Notes: generated by a model not told the origin, from the letters alone. A stretch of 64,000 nt of DNA from Lama guanicoe (GCA_013239625.1 MU054096.1:223098-287097); one strand, 5' to 3'; shown: positions 12,988 to 27,109, counted from the stretch's first letter. Numbers and translations are program-made.

Positions 12988-13140
12988 AGGGAGGGTATAG
13001 CTCAGTGGTAGAGTGCCTGCTTAGCATGCACGAGGTCCTGGGTTCAATCTCCAGTACTTCCATTAAAATAAATAAGTAAAACAAATAAACAAACCAAAAA
13101 GAAAAAAAAGAAAAAGAAAGAAAACAAAAAAAGAAAAGAG
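12988..13140 (+). mobile_element. vic-1-type SINE
   Basis: A and B boxes, A-rich tail, TSD ggaaaata. Confidence 0.9.
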
Positions 13141-13642
13141 GAAAATAGAAAGTACCCCCAAAAATGCTTTCTTAAAACAACTATTTACATTTAAAGTGTA
13201 ATTTATGCTTCAAGGTAGTCACCTTGGGATACTCTTCATTTATTAAAAGTTCAAAATGGTTTTGAAACTTATGCTTGGAAATTATCTTCAGAACTAGTTT
13301 ACTCACATAGGAAACTCAATTTTTTAAATTTATGGTTCCATAGTTATAAAGTTTATTTTAGTCCCAGTGATATTATTGACATTCCTTGGTTTTATGGCTC
13401 ACTTTCTGCAGCAGATACGACCCCCAGAGATTTTTGGCTTCTTTACACAAATAAATCCACACAAAAGCAGTTCTAAGGATAAAGGTTTTCCATAGCCTGA
13501 TCAGAATAGTTCACTGCTGTACACCAGAACCTGGCAGAGTAAGGGCTCAAAATATATTTGTTGACAAAATGGTGACTTTCTTGAAAAGAAGTTCCAAAAA
13601 TGTTACAGGAAACTACAATTATTAGAAAATCCATCAAGGTGG

Positions 13643-14149
13643 CGTCAACTGAAATAAAATGCACAACCTAAAAGTTGAGAGTTAGTTTTATTCGGAGGAC
13701 TTTCTGAGGACTCAGCCCAGGATGACAGCCTCTCAGATCACTCTGAGGTGTTGTTCCAGAGAGGCCAGGTAGAAGCCAGGATATACAGGAGTTTTCACAA
13801 CAAAGACCAGGTAGTCACAACATCAAAAGATGACTGTTAATTAAAGAAAACCAGATATCTCAAGTTAAGGAATTTAGTGCTTTTCTATGTGTGGGAAGGT
13901 GCAAAGGTCTGGGCTCGTTGAAATCATTCCTTTGATCTGCACCCAGCTGTCTAGGGCCAGTGTCCTCTTCTTCCACATCCTGAGTCCCCTCAGGGTGCAC
14001 CGCTGGGGGTGGCTGCAGAGGCCAGGCTGCCTGCTTGTCTGCATCTTGAGTTCCCTCTGCTCACTGTAAGGGGTGGAGGTAGGGGCAGATGACTTGATTG
14101 CCACAGCATCCTTTGTCTACTGATACAGTTGCAAAATTTTTCATTCACA
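13643..14149. mobile_element. Solo ERV1 LTR, MER41-like
   Basis: ~507 bp, (t/c)gtcaactgaaataaaatgcac ... cattcaca, with internal MER41-like motifs (ggaatttagtgcttttctatg). Confidence 0.75.
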
Positions 14150-14359
14150 GTTGCTTTTTTGTTTCTTTTGAGGGAAGAGGTAATTAGGTTTATTTATTTA
14201 TTACATTAATGGAGATACTGGGGATTGAACCCAGGACCTCAAGCATGCTAAGCATGAGCTATACCCTCCCCACCCCCCACTGTGGTTGCTTTAAAGAGAC
14301 ATGCATTTAGTTCATCAAATTTCTTTGATTCATCTATTAACTAATACTCGTTGAGAGCC

Positions 14360-15481
14360 AGGGATAGCTACACAATTTGTGAGATCCAGTGCAAAATGAA
14401 AATGCAGGGCCTCTTGATCCAAAATCAGGAAAAAGGTCTGTTTTATTTCTTCTGTGGTCTCCTTCTCAACCTGTCGTGTGTTTTTTTTTTTTTTTAACTG
14501 AAGTATAGTCAGGTACAATGTGTCAATTTCTGGTGTCCAGCGCCATGTCCCAGTCATGCATATACATACATATATTCATTTTCATATTCTTTTTCATTAA
14601 AGGTTATTACAAGATATTGAATATAGTTCCCTTCGCTATACAGAAGAAATATGGTTTTTTAAATCTATTTTTATATATAGTGGTTGATATTTGCAAGTCT
14701 CAAACTCCCAAATTTATCCCTTCCCACCCCCTTCCCCCCAGTAACCATAAGATTGTTTACTATGTCTGCAAGTCTGTTTCTGTTTTATAGATGAGTTCAT
14801 TAGTGTCCTCTTTTTTCTTTCTTTCTTTCTTTTTTTTTTTTTTGATTCCTCATATGAGTGATACCATATGGTATTTTTCTTTCTCTTTCTGGCTCACTTC
14901 ACTTAGAATGATGATCTCCAGGTCTATCCATGTTGCTGCAAATGGCATTATTTCATTCTTTTTTAATTGCTGAGTAGTATTCCATTGTATAAATATACCA
15001 CAGCTTCTTTATCCAGTCATCTGTCGATGGACATTTAGGTTGCTTCTGTGTCTTGGCTGTTTTATTGTCATCGTGTTTTTTTATTTGCTGCTCAGCATCG
15101 TGCTCCCTTGGACACATGGGCACTTGCAGAGAGAGTGCAGATCCTCACGGGCACTGCAAATTCTGTGCAAGACTCCACATGTGGGCACAAGAACCCATTC
15201 AAACCCTCCCTGCTCCTGCACCAAAGTGGGGGTGGTGGAGTTGAAGGGTGAGGGAGGGGGGCCGTGGTCATGGGGTGGAGGTGGAGGAGCCTCCCAGGGA
15301 CCAGGTGGGACCAGATGGGAGCCTAGGCTCCACGTGCCAGGGGCATGCTCCATTGTTCCACTGGACTTCACTCACAAAACAGAAATCCAAAGACAAATGA
15401 TCAAGAAGTTCAAGACAGCAATGGACGAGCATTAAACTCCAAACGCACAGCTCCCTCCCAAGTGCTCGTGAAGCCGGCCCT
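14360..15481 (-). mobile_element. MER45-like hAT element interrupted by a young L1 3' end (~14480-15058)
   Basis: Ends cagggatagctacac ... gaagccggccct; internal poly-T-led L1 3'UTR on the minus strand. Confidence 0.65.
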
Positions 15482-16205
15482 ACTGAGAACCCACTGTGTG
15501 CTAAGCGGTGAGTATATTATGTGAACAAGACAAAGCCAGGGCCTGGCCTGTGAACCTTTCTATCTAACAGGGAGAGCAGACAAGGAAAGAGGAATCACCA
15601 TGCAAGCATATAAGAGCTTGGACACGAGGACAGGCTGAGCCTGGTAGCTTCAGTCCTGGGGTCAAGAAGGAGGAGTCCCACGCACAGAGGCCGCTAAGTG
15701 AGACCTCACGCAGAGGGTGGGTAAAACCAGAGGAAGAGTGTAGTCAGAGGAAACAGCCCAAGAAGGACTGGGGATGGAGGACACGGGTCATTCCTGGATC
15801 CAAAGAGGCTGGCGAGAGTAGGAACACACATTTCAGGGCTGGCATTTTCTGAAGGCAGTGGGAGCCATTTGGAGGAATTTAAGACCAAGAATGACTTGAG
15901 CAGACCTGTGTTATATAAAATCACTCAGGTTGCAAGGCGAAGAAGAGAAGTTCCAAAGGGTGGGAAGCCTGGGAGGGAGAGAGGATCAAAGGAGAGACAG
16001 TGGATCGGGATTTGAGACGGTGTGCAAGGCACTAGGTAATTAGAGGGGACTTGCTCGTGGATAAGAAAGACCTTGGATCCCAAAGGCTGAAGCATGTGGA
16101 ATTCATTTTAATATTTATCCGGTAAATGGGGAGCAGAGGTATCAAGACAGAACAGGCTGAAGCCGGCACCGAGCGTGCTTCTTTGGGAAGCTCGGACCAG
16201 ATTAG

Positions 16206-16764
16206 ATGCAAACTCTTGCCACCCGTTGTTCTAAAATCATTACACAGCAGTGGGACCTGAGACTGGTTCTGAAGCTTGTTACCAGCACTCAGTTCCACAC
16301 CCTTCCTTACAAAAGAACTCACTCTGCAAGCAAACATAACAACCCTGAGAGAATATTGTCTGAGCAATTCCATAAATGGAATTTACTAGAGGTAAACTAT
16401 GAAGACACAGTTCATTCCCTTTATAAAACATGGGATCTGTGCCTACGTTTCACCTTCAGGGCTGGGCACACGGGATAGCATGGTGGAGGCAATGCTGGGC
16501 AGATGGTTCCTAGCACGTTCAGTTTGCCTGACAACTTTCTGAGGACAGGAAGTGTCTACTGTATTTTAAGAATCCCTAGCTTGCCTGTCGGGTGCAGTAA
16601 CAGCGACTGACAGTTTCAAAAGAAATTTTGCAGTCACGAATCTTATTTGCTGAGCCATACTGGGTACCAGAGCTGGTCAGAGGAGCTGGTTGGATACACA
16701 CAATTGCGGAGATTTGTACACACTTAGAGCTTAGAAAACGGCTCTCACGGTCTCCCTTCTGATC
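16206..16764 (+). pseudogene. PLAT relic segment A
   Basis: PERILSEQFHKWNLLEVNYEDTVHSLYKTWDLCLRFTFRAGHTG*HGGGNAG / frameshift / RWFLARSV; the next repeat starts RRFVHT*SLENG; donor ATC|gtaaga at 16764. Confidence 0.75.
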
Positions 16765-17084
16765 GTAAGAAGGTTATCATTTAAGTTGGGAAAGCCACAG
16801 GAGACCACTGAGGGCAGAATGTTTAAAAACTGCCAAATAATGTGGCATGAAATAGAAGGGTAATATGATTTACTGGGAGAAGGGCTATCACCATGAACAT
16901 CCTCATGGGATGGCAGAGCCCTGCTTCACTTCATGCTGGATTATAATTAATTGCTTTCATGCCTTTTGTGTTGATCATCTCCCTCTCAGCGCTCTGTACA
17001 TAAAGTGCATGAAGGTTCGTTAAATAAATGAATGAATGAAACCTCTTCGTCTCTGGTAATACGATCCTGGCTGGTTTTTTACAG

Positions 17085-17565
17085 ATTAAATTTGCAGGGG
17101 GATTTTCTTAGTGAAGACATAAGAGGACATTCAGAGTCCAGACATTTCTTGTTCATTCTTTATGGCATGTATTAGGATCATCCTGCAGCTCTGTGTGGGA
17201 GGAGACCCTGACCATACAGAGTGAAGGCTGATCCCAACCATACAGCAGTCATCTGAGTCAAGGATATCAAACCAGCCCTTCAGGAAGTGAGCAGGTTAAT
17301 AGTTCTTTCCTCAAATATGAGATAAACAGAAGACATTTAGTTAAAGAATGAAAACACTGTAGATTCTTAGTTCCCTTAGTGGTACCAATAATTGATGCCC
17401 TGTGATAAAAATAAAGGAGGACATGGGAAATCTTCTTTCCCAGCGTACTGCCTCCTCTTTCGTGCTTTATGCCCAAGGTGACGTTAAAATCAGCAAAAGA
17501 ACTCCTCTCTTTTCTTTCCCCTTTTGTTGGGTGGGAAATACCAGCTGGAGCTTTGTGGGCCAGTG
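17085..17565 (+). pseudogene. PLAT relic segment B
   Basis: Acceptor ttttttacag at 17084. SEDIRGHSESRHFLFILYGMY*D ... ENTVDS*F ... PVIKIK / GGHGKSSFPAY / SCFMPKVTLKSAKELLSFLSPFVGW. Confidence 0.7.
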
Positions 17566-17936
17566 AGTAATACCTTTGGCACAGGACCAAGGTAACTGCC
17601 ACCTGAAAACTTTCCACTCTGCTCTGATTCTCGGGCTCAGGAGTCTTAGGGTCCAGATGGATGCCTGGAGGAAACTGGCCACGTGAGCTCTCATTTATGG
17701 GGCTTTTCCTACAGCACCGAGCGCCTGGGTGGCCACTATCAACCCTCCACTTCCCTGGTGCCTAACCCACACCCGAATGTGTAATCTCATGGTGGTCTCC
17801 TTGTGTTTCTCAGCCCAGCGCCGGCTCTTTCTTCCCCCGGCCACACGCTGGCATGTTCTTGGGGGGGGAGGGGGGGGGGGGTGGAAACCAACTTTTAACA
17901 TCATAACAAGAAAAATACAGGGGTAGCAGTGGGGGT

Positions 17937-18120
17937 AGGGGAGGGTATAGTTCAGTGGTAGAGTGAATGCCTAGCATGCCTGAGGTCCTGGGTTCAATCT
18001 CCAGTACCTCCATTAAGCAAATAGATGAATAAACCTAATTACCTCCTCTGCGCAAAAAGGTTGAATAAATAGATAAAAATTTTAAAAATTAAAAAGAAAA
18101 GAAAAGAAAAGAAAAATACA
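17937..18120 (+). mobile_element. vic-1-type SINE
   Basis: A and B boxes plus tail. Confidence 0.9.
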
Positions 18121-18565
18121 GTGAGGTTCATGAGTGTAGCAGAGGCCGCCTTGACAGGTCCCTGCATGCACCCCTCAGGCTTGATCTGCAGGCTTCCAAC
18201 CGTCAGTTTCTGCCTCTCTGTCCCCCGAGGCCATTTCCTTAAGCCCAGGGAGACTGCCGCCCCTGCGCACAAAGCAGATCTGAAGTCGAGAGAACCAAGA
18301 CCTGAAATTAAGAGAAATTGAGCAGCTGTTCAGAGACACAACAGCCCTGGGGACTGTTCCCCCAGCTTCCTGGCCCCTCCGTCCAGATCATTCTAAAGCG
18401 TGTTTTGCGTGTCCCAGTGGGGTGGAGCTCCAGACACACCTGTGACTGGCTGCCTTCTCCATCTCTGTATCATTCCCCACCTTCATTTCCTGGAACTCCC
18501 CACTAAACCACTAGCCCTTGAATCTTTGTCTCCGGTCAGCTTCCGGGAAACCCAAACCAAGATGA
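18121..18565 (+). mobile_element. Old ERV(L)-type LTR
   Basis: 3' end cccactaaaccactagcccttgaatc...gggaaacccaaaccaaga, typical of old ERVL-class LTRs. Confidence 0.55.
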
Positions 18566-18690
18566 CTCCTCCCCAAATGCGTATAATGATTCCAAATCCA
18601 GATGTACACAATGTAAAATCACCCCCCAGGATGATTAAAAGTTGACCATTCATGGATAACCAAGACTCAGGTGTGCTAAATTTAAATTCC

Positions 18691-18953
18691 TTCACTTACA
18701 GCATCAATATTCATCACTGCGTTTCTTCGTGCTCTGAAAGTGGTCTGATGACTGAATGAGCCCTGCTGGTAAGTGGTTTAACAGAAGGCATTTCCAGTCA
18801 TTTTTAACGTGCCTTTGAAGGTTATGGCGTGAGCCTCTGAATCACGATTCACAGGTGTTTTCCTAAACTCATTCTGATGTACTAAGTGACCTTGGCCATT
18901 TTACTGCCTGTATTCAACTGGAACGTGCTATGCTGTGAAATCATTGTTAGCTG
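18691..18953 (+). pseudogene. PLAT relic segment C
   Basis: FTYSINIH...SGLMTE*ALLVSGLTEGIS / frameshift / DVLSDLGHFTACIQLE. Confidence 0.55.
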
Positions 18954-19388
18954 GTACACATAGATTTTATGTTTTAGATTCATTGACTTTTCTCTCATCT
19001 TTATTTCCCCTTTTCCCCAAATACCAACTTACTATTTTCCTTCTCCCTGTTTACCCACATTCCTCCGTCTGTTTCTTTCTATCCTGTCATTGTTCTTTTC
19101 ATGACAAAATGATACAGTCTCACACGTATGCTTACACGTATGATACGTCTCACACGTATGCTCACACGTATGCTTACAGTGGATGCTACGTGCCCAACAG
19201 GTCCCTCTTGGATCAAGGAACTCACTCCCCTCGCTGAGGGGGATATTGGCCGCTGACGGCTCACAACTCAGCTCCTCTTTGGAAATTCTCCCCTGCGGAA
19301 GAAAGCTACCTGGCCCAAGATTATACTCCTCCCTGGGGACAGCAGCATCCCAGGAGGCCCGGATGCTTTGCCTTGGTTTGGACCGGCT

Positions 19389-19900
19389 CTGAAGGACAGA
19401 CCGACCTGGTTCCCAAGCTTAGAACCCGTTTTCCAGGAATCGGACCTATGGCGCTTTCAAATAAAATTGGAAGACCCAGAGGGATAGAAATGCATTCATT
19501 TAGATTTACTATCATCTAGGCATGCTGCCTAGTGTATATAAGACGATGTCACAAAAACTTGGAAGGTGCCAGGACATAGTTGCATATTCTACTACTAAAA
19601 ATGAATGGAAAAATAAAGCGCATAGATGTGGTTGAACCATCAGAGACAAGTGTAGCAGCACCTGATAGGAGTTCAACAAATATTTCCTGCCTTTTTCATT
19701 CCGCTTTCTTACAATAAAATATGGGGTACATTTGCTTCATAACTCAATTCTCAAAGATTGTGTATCTTTTAATTGAAAATATTGTGCTCTTAATAAAAAA
19801 TGTTCACCGTGTCATCTATATCCAGGTAAATAAAATAAAACACGTGCTCTCCTTAACTGCAGAAATTATCGGGTTGATCTCATCAAGGAGGAACTGTAGG
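19389..19900 (+). pseudogene. PLAT relic segment D
   Basis: EPVFQESDLWRFQIKLEDPEG*KCIHL ... KVPGHSCIFYY; weaker LIENIVLLIKNVHRVIYIQVNK and RNYRVDLI near 19765-19890. Confidence 0.55.
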
Positions 19901-19992
19901 TTAGTGTCCTTACCTGAACTCCCTAAGTAACTCTCCATTACCACATTTTACAAAATCAAAATCCCCAAGAATCATCAAGAAAAAAAGACTTG

Positions 19993-20460
19993 AGGGGAGG
20001 GTATAGCTCGGAGGTTGAGTGTATGCTTAGCATGCATGAGGTCCTGAGTTCAATCCTCAGTACCTCTATTAAAAAAAATGATAAAAATAAATAAATAAAC
20101 CTAATTACCTCCCCTACCAAGAAATAACACCAAGAAACAATTTTTAAAAAGTAGAAAAAAAATAAGACTATAAATAAGATGGCTCACACCGTCTAGCCAG
20201 CCGTCCACGCTACACCCACATCTACTTTTTTGACAGTTGACAAGGTTGAGGGAATGTATGTGCATTTTGTTGAATGAGAATTTAAAAACTTAACATACCT
20301 GGGGAAGGTATAGCTGAGGGGTTGAGTGTGTGCCTAACATGCATAAGCTCTTGAGTTCGATCCCCAGTACCTCCATTAAAGATTTAAAAAAACAAAACAA
20401 AAGACACCTAATTACCTTCCCCCTTAAAAAACAAACAGACAAACAAACAAAAAACCAAAC
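19993..20460 (+). mobile_element. Two vic-1-type SINEs (19993-20165, 20300-20460)
   Basis: Each has A/B boxes and a tail; the second has TSD aaactta(a)catacctg. Confidence 0.9.
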
Positions 20461-21499
20461 TTACATACCTGAAATTAACCCACTGTCCTCCCTAAAGAGC
20501 CGCAGTGTCTTCTCCCCATCCTGGCCGAGGAAATAAACCTCACCTCCCTGAGAGCGCCCGTTAATCTCCGCACATCCCTCATCAAGCTGCCGTCTCACCC
20601 TCACTGTCATCCTTGGTGAATTCATGAACATCTTTCCTGGTGACTTTTTCCAAACCCAGTCTTCCTCCGTGTACGTTTGCGGGTGGGGGCGGAGGTGACA
20701 AGATTTGAAGAAGAGCTCTCGTGACCAACAAATTAATCAATTAAAACCTAGAAAGAGGAAGGGAGCCAAGGAGAAACGAAAAATGAGAAGGGAAAGGAAG
20801 AAAAGGCGGAAGGATTACGTCTCTGCAATGTTCCCCTTGAGTTTCATGAAGACACGTCTGTTGGGGCCGCCCCCTTTCACGGCCAGCGACTCAAATGCCT
20901 TAGAAGTCAGGGTCATGCTAGCAGCTGTATCAAAGAGACCTCAGAATATAAAATACTCAAGCCGAATAAAAGTTTCTTTCTTGCTTATGTGCGTTGTTTC
21001 CGGGCGATGGGTGGCTCTCCTGCATCTCAGGTCCTTTTGTATTACCTTATGTTTAATCACGCAGCGCCCCTTCCCTGAGGTCTCACTTACATCAGCATCT
21101 GATCAGCAAAGGACGAAATAGAGCAGGGAGGAGATGGAGCTATTGCTTAAAAGGCTTGGCTCAGAAATGGCAACGACCACTTCTGCAAACGTTCCACTGG
21201 TTTTAATTCAGCCTCATGGCCACAGTAAACTGCCAGGGAGCCCGGGAGATGTGGTCTAGCTTTGTGCCCAGGAGGAAGAGGAAACTCATTCCTGCTGAAC
21301 AGCTGACAGACCCGGACACAGAGCCTTTGTGAGGCTTAAGGAAGACAAGCAAATATCAAGCTTCTCCAAGCATGGAGATCTTAAAGGAGCCAGCCAGCTG
21401 ACCACCAGAACCAGTCAGTGGAAATCCACTGTTTCTCAGCCCTCCGTAGAGTGCCAAAAACTTAATATTTAAAAATACTAGAACTCAATAAAAAAAAGT

Positions 21500-21830
21500 T
21501 AAAAAAAAAGGAATGTGAAATAAAATATGAAAATGAATATATGTATGTATATGCATGACTGGGACATTGTGCTGTACACCAGAAAGTGACACATTGTAAC
21601 TGACTGTACTTCAATTAAAAAGGAAGAACTGTGAAATAAAATCTAGTATCTAGAAACCAAAAAAAAAAAAAATAGTTGTAATCTTAGACGGGAGGGTGTA
21701 GCTCAGTGGCAGAGCACATGCCCAACATGCACAAGGTCCTGGGTTCAATCCTCAATGCCTTCACTAAAAATAAACAAATAAACCTAATTAACCCTCAAAT
21801 TAAAAAAGAATTAATAAAGGGGGAAAAAAA
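21500..21830 (+). mobile_element. L1 3' end (21500-21620) and vic-1-type SINE (21689-21830)
   Basis: Matches to the same L1 3'UTR and SINE consensus seen elsewhere in the window. Confidence 0.85.
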
Positions 21831-22034
21831 ACTAGACCAAAAAATACTTCTAATCTTTCAATAATAGTTGTACCAATACACCAAAGGGGTCCCCGGAGTA
21901 AAGCAGTTTGTCTCTCCAAGATGGGATAACTGAAGAATTAAGTCAGTCTTTCCCCACCCTCCCTACTAATGAAATAGTCACACTGTTTGGGAAGTTTTCT
22001 GAGATCATTATCGGATGCCTCACCACTCTGACAC

Positions 22035-22420
22035 AACTACTCTGGGCTCTAGAATTTCAATCACGAAGTCCTGTGAAACTTACCCAAGTTTGTTTTCTTA
22101 ACAGTTTGTCAACAAACAGAATAAGCTCATTGCATCAAGTGACAGTTCAGGAAACAAAAAATCATTTCTTTTGACCTATTCACACAAGAAAACAGTGACC
22201 CTTTCATTGCAACATTCAAGCTAGAGATCAGAATTTTATTTGAAGAAGATGACAATTTGGTCGTTAATTGTATTCTTTTTGTGCTCGCCCACTCTTCCAG
22301 ATGAATGGCAGAGAATAATCGGTCATTCTGAAGATGGGTTCACAACAGAAGAGCTTGCAACCCATACTGTGTTTTCTTAGTTCAAAAAGGACATTCCTGA
22401 GGGAAAATGTGATCAGGTTT
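22035..22420 (+). pseudogene. PLAT relic segment E
   Basis: FVFLTV ... DLFTQENSDPFIATF / frameshift / WQRIIGHSEDGFTTEELATHTVFS*F. Confidence 0.55.
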
Positions 22421-22771
22421 ATGAGACAAACAAAACTGTCTCTGTAGGAGGTTTTTGCTTTGTAGCCTAAATGGTCAACTCAGGCGTGTCTACGCGTAAA
22501 ACAGCGGAATGATAATTAAGAGTTGTCAATGAATATCACCACGCTAGATATTATCAGTGTTTACCAGCAGTATCTGCTCATGTTTACAAATCACTTTATA
22601 ATACTCATAAAAGTATCTCACCTCAATTATTTATTTGTAACTAGTCTTACAGCATGTGTGGATAATTTTTTTAAATTGCTGGTTACATCCCCTAAAGCAA
22701 AACCAACCTTATAATTAAGTTGTTTTTCCTTAAATAAATATTCAGTATCAAAATCACTTCCTTCTCTTTGG

Positions 22772-22910
22772 AGGGGAGGGTATAGTGCAAGCGGTAGAGT
22801 GTATGCTCAGCATGCACGAGGTCCTGGGTTCAATCCTCAGGACCTCCATTAAAAATAAATAAAAATAGATAAACCTAATTCCCACCCCAACCAAAAAAAA
22901 AAAAAAAAAA
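22772..22910 (+). mobile_element. vic-1-type SINE
   Basis: A and B boxes, poly-A tail. Confidence 0.9.
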
Positions 22911-23304
22911 AGGAAGAAGAGGAAAAAAAGGGAGGGAAGTAGATATGGGAAGGTGAGCAGACATAAAAAGAGAAAGAAACATGAAGGACAAAAGAGGGAC
23001 ATTGGAAAAAAAGAGGAGGAGAGAGAATGAGAAAGAAAAATGGAGGCAAAAAAGTAAGGCAAATGCTTTCTTGAGAGGAGAGGGAGGCATGTGGAGAAAG
23101 TGGAGAACAGAACCTACCTCCAGGGAAGGGAAGTGGAGAAGGTTTTCTCTCGTATTGTAGCCATTATGGTCAGAGCGGTGCTAAGATTGAGTCCAAGGGA
23201 GGTCTAGCCGTGGGTGGAGGTTTTCCACGCGTGCTGTGGTCTCTCTAGTCACTTAAATGATTCCTCACACTCACTTCTTTATGAATTTCCTAGATTCTTA
23301 GCTT

Positions 23305-26180
23305 AATTAAAAAAAATTTGACATATAATTTACACACCATCAACTTCACTTTTTTAAAATGTCTATTTCAGGGCTTCTGGTATATTCGCAACGTTATACA
23401 TTCATCACCACTATTTAATTCAAGAATATTTTTGTCACCCCTAAAAAAGATTGCATAAAAGTTAGTAGCAACTCCCCATTCAATCCTTTTACCAGTCTCT
23501 GGGAACCGAAAAATCTCCTTTGTGTCTCTATTGATTTGCATATTCTAGAAAGTTCTTTAAATGGACTCATTCAATACATGGCCTGTTGTGTCTGCCTTCT
23601 TTCACGTAACATGTTTCTAAGGTTCATCCAAGTTGTAGCATGTTTCATTCCTTTTTAGAGCTGAATAATATTTCATTATTTGGATCTATCACATTTTCTT
23701 TATCCATTTATTAGTTGATGGACATTTGAATTGTTTCTACTTCTTAGCTATTATGAATAATGTTGCTTCGAACCTTCCTATACAAGTTTTTGTATGAATA
23801 TATGTTTTCAACTTTCTTGACTAAATGCCTATGATGGAATTGCCCAGTGATATGGTAAGACTGTACTTCACCTTTTGAGGAATTACCAGAATAAAAATCA
23901 CAATTTTATTCACATCGGCAATCTATGAGTGTTCCAAATTCTCAGCAACCTTACCAATACTTCCTATTGTCCCACTTTTGACTAGATTAAAGCCATCCTA
24001 GTTGGTGAGAAGTGGTTCTCATTGTGGTTTTGATTTCCGTTTCTCTAATGACTAATGATGGTGAGCATCTTTTCCGGCACCTATGAGCCATTTGCACATC
24101 TTCTTTGAAGAATTATCTAATCAAAACCTTTGCCCATTTTTAACTGAGTTGCATTTTATTATTGAGTTATAAATATTCTTCATGTATTCTGGATACCAGG
24201 CTGTCTGTATCGGATATATGATTTGCAAAGATTTTCTCCCATTCTGTGGGTTTCTTTTACACTTTCTTGATGCATAAAATTTTTAAATTTTTGTAAGGTC
24301 CAATTTATATTTTCTTTGGTAGATTATACTTTAGGTGTCATAGCTAAGAAACCATTGCTTAATCCAAGGTCATGATAATTTATACCTATGCTTACCCTAA
24401 GAGTTTTATAGATTTAGCTTTTACAAATTTAGGTCTTTGATCCATTTTTTGAGTTGATTTCTGCATATGTTATGAAGTAGGTGACCACCTTCATTATTTT
24501 GCACATGAAGACCAGTTGACCTAGCATCATTTGTTAAACTGGACTATTCTTTCCCCATTAATTTTTCTTGGCACACTATAGGTTTCTGCATTTCATCTAG
24601 GTTATCTTATTTGTTGGCATACAATTGCTCATAGTAGGCCTTTATAACCCTTTTTATTTCTGTAAGTTTGGTAATAATATCACCTCCTTCATTCACTTTG
24701 GGGGGGGGAGGGGTAATTAGGTCTATTTATTTCATTTTTTTTTTAAGAGGAGGTACCAAGGATTGAACCCAGGTCCTCAGGCATACTAAGCACTCCCTCT
24801 ACCACTTGAGCTGTATCTTTGTAAATTTAGCTAAATGTTGTCAATTTGGCTGATGCCTTCAAAGAACCAAATTTGGGTGTTATAAAAAGTTTCCTCCATT
24901 GTTCTTCTGTTCTCTAGTTTATTTATTTTTGCTGTAATCTTCATTATTTCCTTCCTTGTGCTTGCTTTGGGTTAAGTGTGTTCTTTCTTTTCTAGTTTCT
25001 TAAGAGAAGAGGGTAGGCTATTGATTTGAGAGCTTTATTCCTTTTTAATATAGGCATTTAGAACTATAAATTTCCCTCTAAGCATTGCTTTCATTGCATC
25101 CCATAAGTTGTGATATATGTTGTGTTTTTGTTTTTATTCATCTGAAAGTATTCTCAAGATCATGTGATTTCGTCTTTGACCCATTAGTTATTTATGAGTT
25201 TGCTGTATAATTTCCATTATTTATGATTTTCCCTAAATTTCTTCTGTTATTGATTTCTAATTCCATTTCATTATGGTCAGCGAACATACTTCGTGTAACT
25301 TCAATCCTTTTAAATTTTCTGAGACTTCTTTTACGGCTTAAAATATGTGATCTATCCTGGAGAATATTCCACATTCACTTGAGAAGAATGTGTATTTCCC
25401 ATTTGCTGGGCATTTCTATACATGTTTGTTATGTCAAGTTGGTTTATAGTGTTGTTCAAATCTCCTTTTTCCATGGTGATCTTGTCTAATTGTTCTATTC
25501 ATTATTAAAAGTAGTATATTCATACTTCAAGTTATTACTTTTGTTGTATTGTTTGTTTTATGATGGAGAGGTAATTCAGTTTCTTCATTGATTTCTGGTT
25601 GGAGGAGTTGCTGGCGATTGAACCCAGGACCTCTTGTGTGCTGAGCATGCGCTCTGCCACTTGGGTTATACCCTTCCCCCTCAAGTTATTACTCCTGAGA
25701 TTTCTATTTCTCCCTAAATTCTGACTTTTTCACTTTATGAATTTGGGGGTTCTCTTGTCAGGTACGTGTAAGTTTATTATTGTTATATCTTCTAGGTGTA
25801 CTGATGATTTTATCTTTATAAAATATCCATTTTTGTCTAGTAACAATTTTATCTTGGAGTCTATTTTGTCTGATATTAATTTAGCCACTCAAGCTCTCTT
25901 TTGGTTGCTGTTTGAATATCTTTTTCTATCTTTTTTTTTTTTACCTGTTTGTGTCTTGAATCTAAAGTGTGTTGCTTGTAGATGGCATATATTTGAATCA
26001 TTTAATGAAATCCGAACACCAATCTCTGCCTATTAATTGGAGTGTTTAATCATTTACATTTAATGTAGTTACTGACAAAGTAAAATTTACATTTGTTATT
26101 ACATTTTGCTATCTGTTTTCTACATGTCATGTCTTTTTTTATTTCTTCTTTCTCCACTACTATTTCTTTTATGTTAAAGT
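23305..26180 (-). mobile_element. Old L1M (3'UTR plus ORF2 fragments) with nested SINEs at ~24699-24817 and ~25540-25681
   Basis: Minus-strand ORF2 endonuclease remnant (SLRKFKRIEVTRSMFADHNEMELEINN); nested SINE with TSD tcaagttattact. Confidence 0.85.
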
Positions 26181-27109
26181 CCAACTGTCCACTATTCAGT
26201 AGTGCTAATTTTGATCATTTGACAACTAAAAAATACCAACTACTCTGAGGGTACCCGGGTGACTTTTAATCTCCCTTGAGATACTGATTATTCTTCACTA
26301 TTCCAATGAAATCAAATCTTGAGAATGATTTCATGATACGGTTTAAGGTTTAGTCACTACTTACTTGAAAAATTCAACATATTATCAATAATAATAAAAT
26401 ATTTTGAAAACTTTAATTTTGTGTCTTGACTCCTTTCATTATTCATTCACATACAAGATGTTAAATGTCAACTTTATACTAAGCAATGATTTAGGCACTG
26501 GAAAAACAATAGTGAATTGGGTAGACAAGATCCTTGTCCTCACGAAGCTTAAGTTCTCATGGGAGAGACAGTCAGTGAATAAGTGAAAAGTATATTCTAA
26601 AACACACAGAGAGAGAAGAGCTAGGAAGAAAATACGGTAGGGGGAGATGTAGAGATATGCAGTGGAGGGGATATTTTAGATTGGAGGATTCTAAGAGGTG
26701 ATCCCTGAGAATGTGACTTTTGAGCAAACACCTAAATGAAGAAAGGGTTCAAGTCATAAAGATCTGTGGGGGTGGTGCTTGGGGTAGAGAAAATAGCAGA
26801 TGCAAAGACCCTCAGGCAGAAGTGCGTTTGGCAGGGCTGGGAAGCAGCAAAGATTCCCATGTGGCTGAAGAGAAATAGGCAGAGGAAGACTGGTGGAAAA
26901 TGCAGTGAGTGAGGCAGCCATTGCTCATTTCAGCATCACCTCATAGGCCTTATTCCAAGCCAGTAGTGGGTTGTGAGCAAAATGATGGTATTGTTACTTC
27001 TACATTTTTAGAAGGATCACTCTGCTTACTGTATGGAAAATAAACAATAGGAGGGCATGAATGGGAATGGGGAGACCAACATAGTGGACCCTCCTTAATT
27101 TGACTTCTA

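Noticed and set aside
21908..22420. Resemblance of the translated island to WD40 repeats, GTF3C4 or FBXW12
   Set aside because: Short, mutually inconsistent matches. The PLAT reading explains this island and a dozen others collinearly.
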